From: Chlamydia trachomatis
GTDB lineage: Bacteria; Chlamydiota; Chlamydiia; Chlamydiales; 2-12-FULL-49-11
Length of the DNA stretch: 64,000 nucleotides
Direction of reading: 5' to 3'
NCBI GenBank assembly: GCA_945872565.1
Contig: CAMBZN010000005.1
Coordinates: 6,200-70,199, forward strand
Made by a program: the position numbers and the translations under genes. The notes under the pieces are model-generated. The model worked only from the letters and a program-made list of their open reading frames with translations, had not been told where the DNA came from and did not search any database. Positions within the stretch are counted from its first letter, which is position 1, and every line of letters begins with the position of its first letter. Below are positions 62,514 through 64,000 of the stretch, one piece after another.

Positions 62514-64000
62514 ATGTTAAATGTAAGAAAATTGAAGCAGGATTTTTCTCAAAATGTCTTACGTGAAGGTAAAGATCTATTTACAGAAAAAAAAGTCACT
62601 TACGCTAAAATTATTCATTTAGACTCCTCCTCCTTGCGCATTAGCGCTAAAGTTGATGGACAATTTGAAAATGCCTATGAGTGTGAAATTGAAATTGATC
62701 GGATCGATTGTGAGACCATTGATTCAAATTGTGACTGCCCTTATCATTACGATTGTCAACATTTAGCTGCCTTACTCTTTTATCTAGAAGCACATTTAGA
62801 TAAAATGCTTGTTACCTACTCAAAAGATCCGGTGATGGATTCGGACAATGACTTTAAAGAGACAGAAATTTTAGCTGTTGTACAAGATGCAGTTTCCAAA
62901 GAAGAGCGGAGAAAAGACGTAGAATTTCAAAAGGAATTGATGCAGGAATACATCCTTGCCTCAAAGATCTTATCCACCTCCCCATTTTTCTTACAAAAGA
63001 AAGAAACAGAGGTGACGCAAGCTTCATTGATGATCATCTACAACTTCCCAGAATCAAAAGATGGGACAAAGTCCATTGTAGAGTTACAATTTGCTCTCCG
63101 CCTTCCCTCCAGATCAAAGCCCTTGCATATTCCTAATGCAAAATGCTTTCTTGATGGTATCCGGTATGAAGAATCCTTTCAAATTGGTGGTAAAAAATAC
63201 CTATTTACCCCCGAATCGTTTCCGGAAGATTCTAAAGAGATCGTCCGCATGTTAATTGATTACGCAAGGGTTCACGATAAAGCAACCACAGAAAAAGGGC
63301 AAAAATGCGCCTATATTGAGACTAAATCTTTAGGCTTGCTCCTTTCTAAGTGCTTTGTAGCCGCCTATCAGCACCTTCCAGCAGGGGCTAAAAATAGCAG
63401 CATCACCCACGAGCTTCCTGGAATCTATATTGAAAATCTAGAAACTCCTCTACATTATTCGCCGGTTCTTGCCTCATTTAATATGAATTTAGAATATATC
63501 AAACCGCCTGCCTCAAAAATTTTGATCAATCCAACAATCCTTGCAAAAGATAGAACGATTCTATTAGAGGATGCTCTATTTTTTGAATGTGCATCCCCCT
63601 CATTTATTCATGAAAATACCTTCTTTAAGTTTGGACCATCCATTACAAGACAGCACCTTATTCACCTCACCTCAATGAGAGAAATCACTATTTGCAAGCC
63701 TCTTTTTGGTACTTTTATTGAAAATGGTCTTGGCAGGCTCTCTTCCTATGCATCGATTTCTGGAAAAGATGTTTTTAATGAATTTACAACTCTGCCTTAT
63801 GTGCGTACATTAAAAGGAATTTGCAACATTTCTTACCTTGATGGTGAGTTAGAGGCGGTATTGGAATTTATATACAATGATTTTAATGTACCGGCCTCAC
63901 CGGATGCGCTGACTATTGATCATTTAGAGCCATTCCAAAAAGATTCAGGGCTCCTTGCCAGAAACCTTTTTGAAGAAAAACAAGTCATTGATAATCTTTT
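62514..64000 (+). CDS. SWIM zinc-finger N-terminal region of a probable SNF2-family helicase (3' end beyond window)
   Basis: Not in the ORF track (no stop). Hand translation from ATG 62514 stays open to 64000: MLNVRKLKQDFSQNVLREGKDLF…CDCPYHYDCQHLAALLFYLEAH (CxC…CxH SWIM finger). The helicase motifs would lie downstream of the window. Confidence 0.7.
   Translation, partial: MLNVRKLKQDFSQNVLREGKDLFTEKKVTYAKIIHLDSSSLRISAKVDGQFENAYECEIEIDRIDCETIDSNCDCPYHYDCQHLAALLFYLEAHLDKMLVTYSKDPVMDSDNDFKETEILAVVQDAVSKEERRKDVEFQKELMQEYILASKILSTSPFFLQKKETEVTQASLMIIYNFPESKDGTKSIVELQFALRLPSRSKPLHIPNAKCFLDGIRYEESFQIGGKKYLFTPESFPEDSKEIVRMLIDYARVHDKATTEKGQKCAYIETKSLGLLLSKCFVAAYQHLPAGAKNSSITHELPGIYIENLETPLHYSPVLASFNMNLEYIKPPASKILINPTILAKDRTILLEDALFFECASPSFIHENTFFKFGPSITRQHLIHLTSMREITICKPLFGTFIENGLGRLSSYASISGKDVFNEFTTLPYVRTLKGICNISYLDGELEAVLEFIYNDFNVPASPDALTIDHLEPFQKDSGLLARNLFEEKQVIDNL

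Overview
AT-rich, very gene-dense 64-kb chromosomal segment with about 70 protein genes and 4 tRNA genes. I recognise no rRNA, CRISPR array, transposase or integrase. Several signals point to a member of the Chlamydiota, probably an environmental, amoeba-associated lineage rather than Chlamydiaceae. They are: a SWIB-domain protein beside prfB/truA; a plant-type glycerol-3-phosphate acyltransferase beside an M16 insulinase, RNase G and rpmF; a Cys-free L36 next to S14; mreB coupled to GTP-PEPCK next to a SWIM/SNF2 helicase; a sigma-54 activator; Inc-like bilobed membrane proteins; and a USP-type deubiquitinase. The neighbourhood comparison comes from my memory of Chlamydia genomes, and no species can be assigned without a database search. 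The housekeeping backbone is dnaG, mutS, uvrC, a uvrD/pcrA-like helicase, rpsN, rpmJ, rpmH-rnpA, lpxB, rpmF, rng, yebC, prfB (classic +1 frameshift, verified by hand), truA, hpf, recO, pheT, trhO, rpsD, nfo, asnS, rluD, dapB, kdsA, lptB, ndk, pckG and mreB. Accessory or unexplained content, in my order of interest: (1) a translationally coupled operon hpf / HsdR_N-type PD-(D/E)xK mini-protein / two Maf-like (DUF115) proteins, one fused to MORN repeats. It is convergent with an orphan sigma-54 activator whose receiver has Glu at the phospho-acceptor position. (2) A tandem family of three Inc-like proteins carrying an uncharacterised, internally duplicated IWRAF...SGHPDF module. (3) A membrane-anchored USP deubiquitinase. 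(4) A seven-repeat Ser/Thr-rich surface protein followed by a Cys-rich beta-barrel gene that appears to start at a non-canonical AUU/AUC codon. (5) An 846-aa DHH-CBS-CBS-DHHA2 protein. (6) A tRNA-Leu with anticodon AAG. (7) tRNA genes that directly abut downstream coding sequences. All calls rest on motifs read by eye from the supplied translations and on hand translation; no searches or computations were run.
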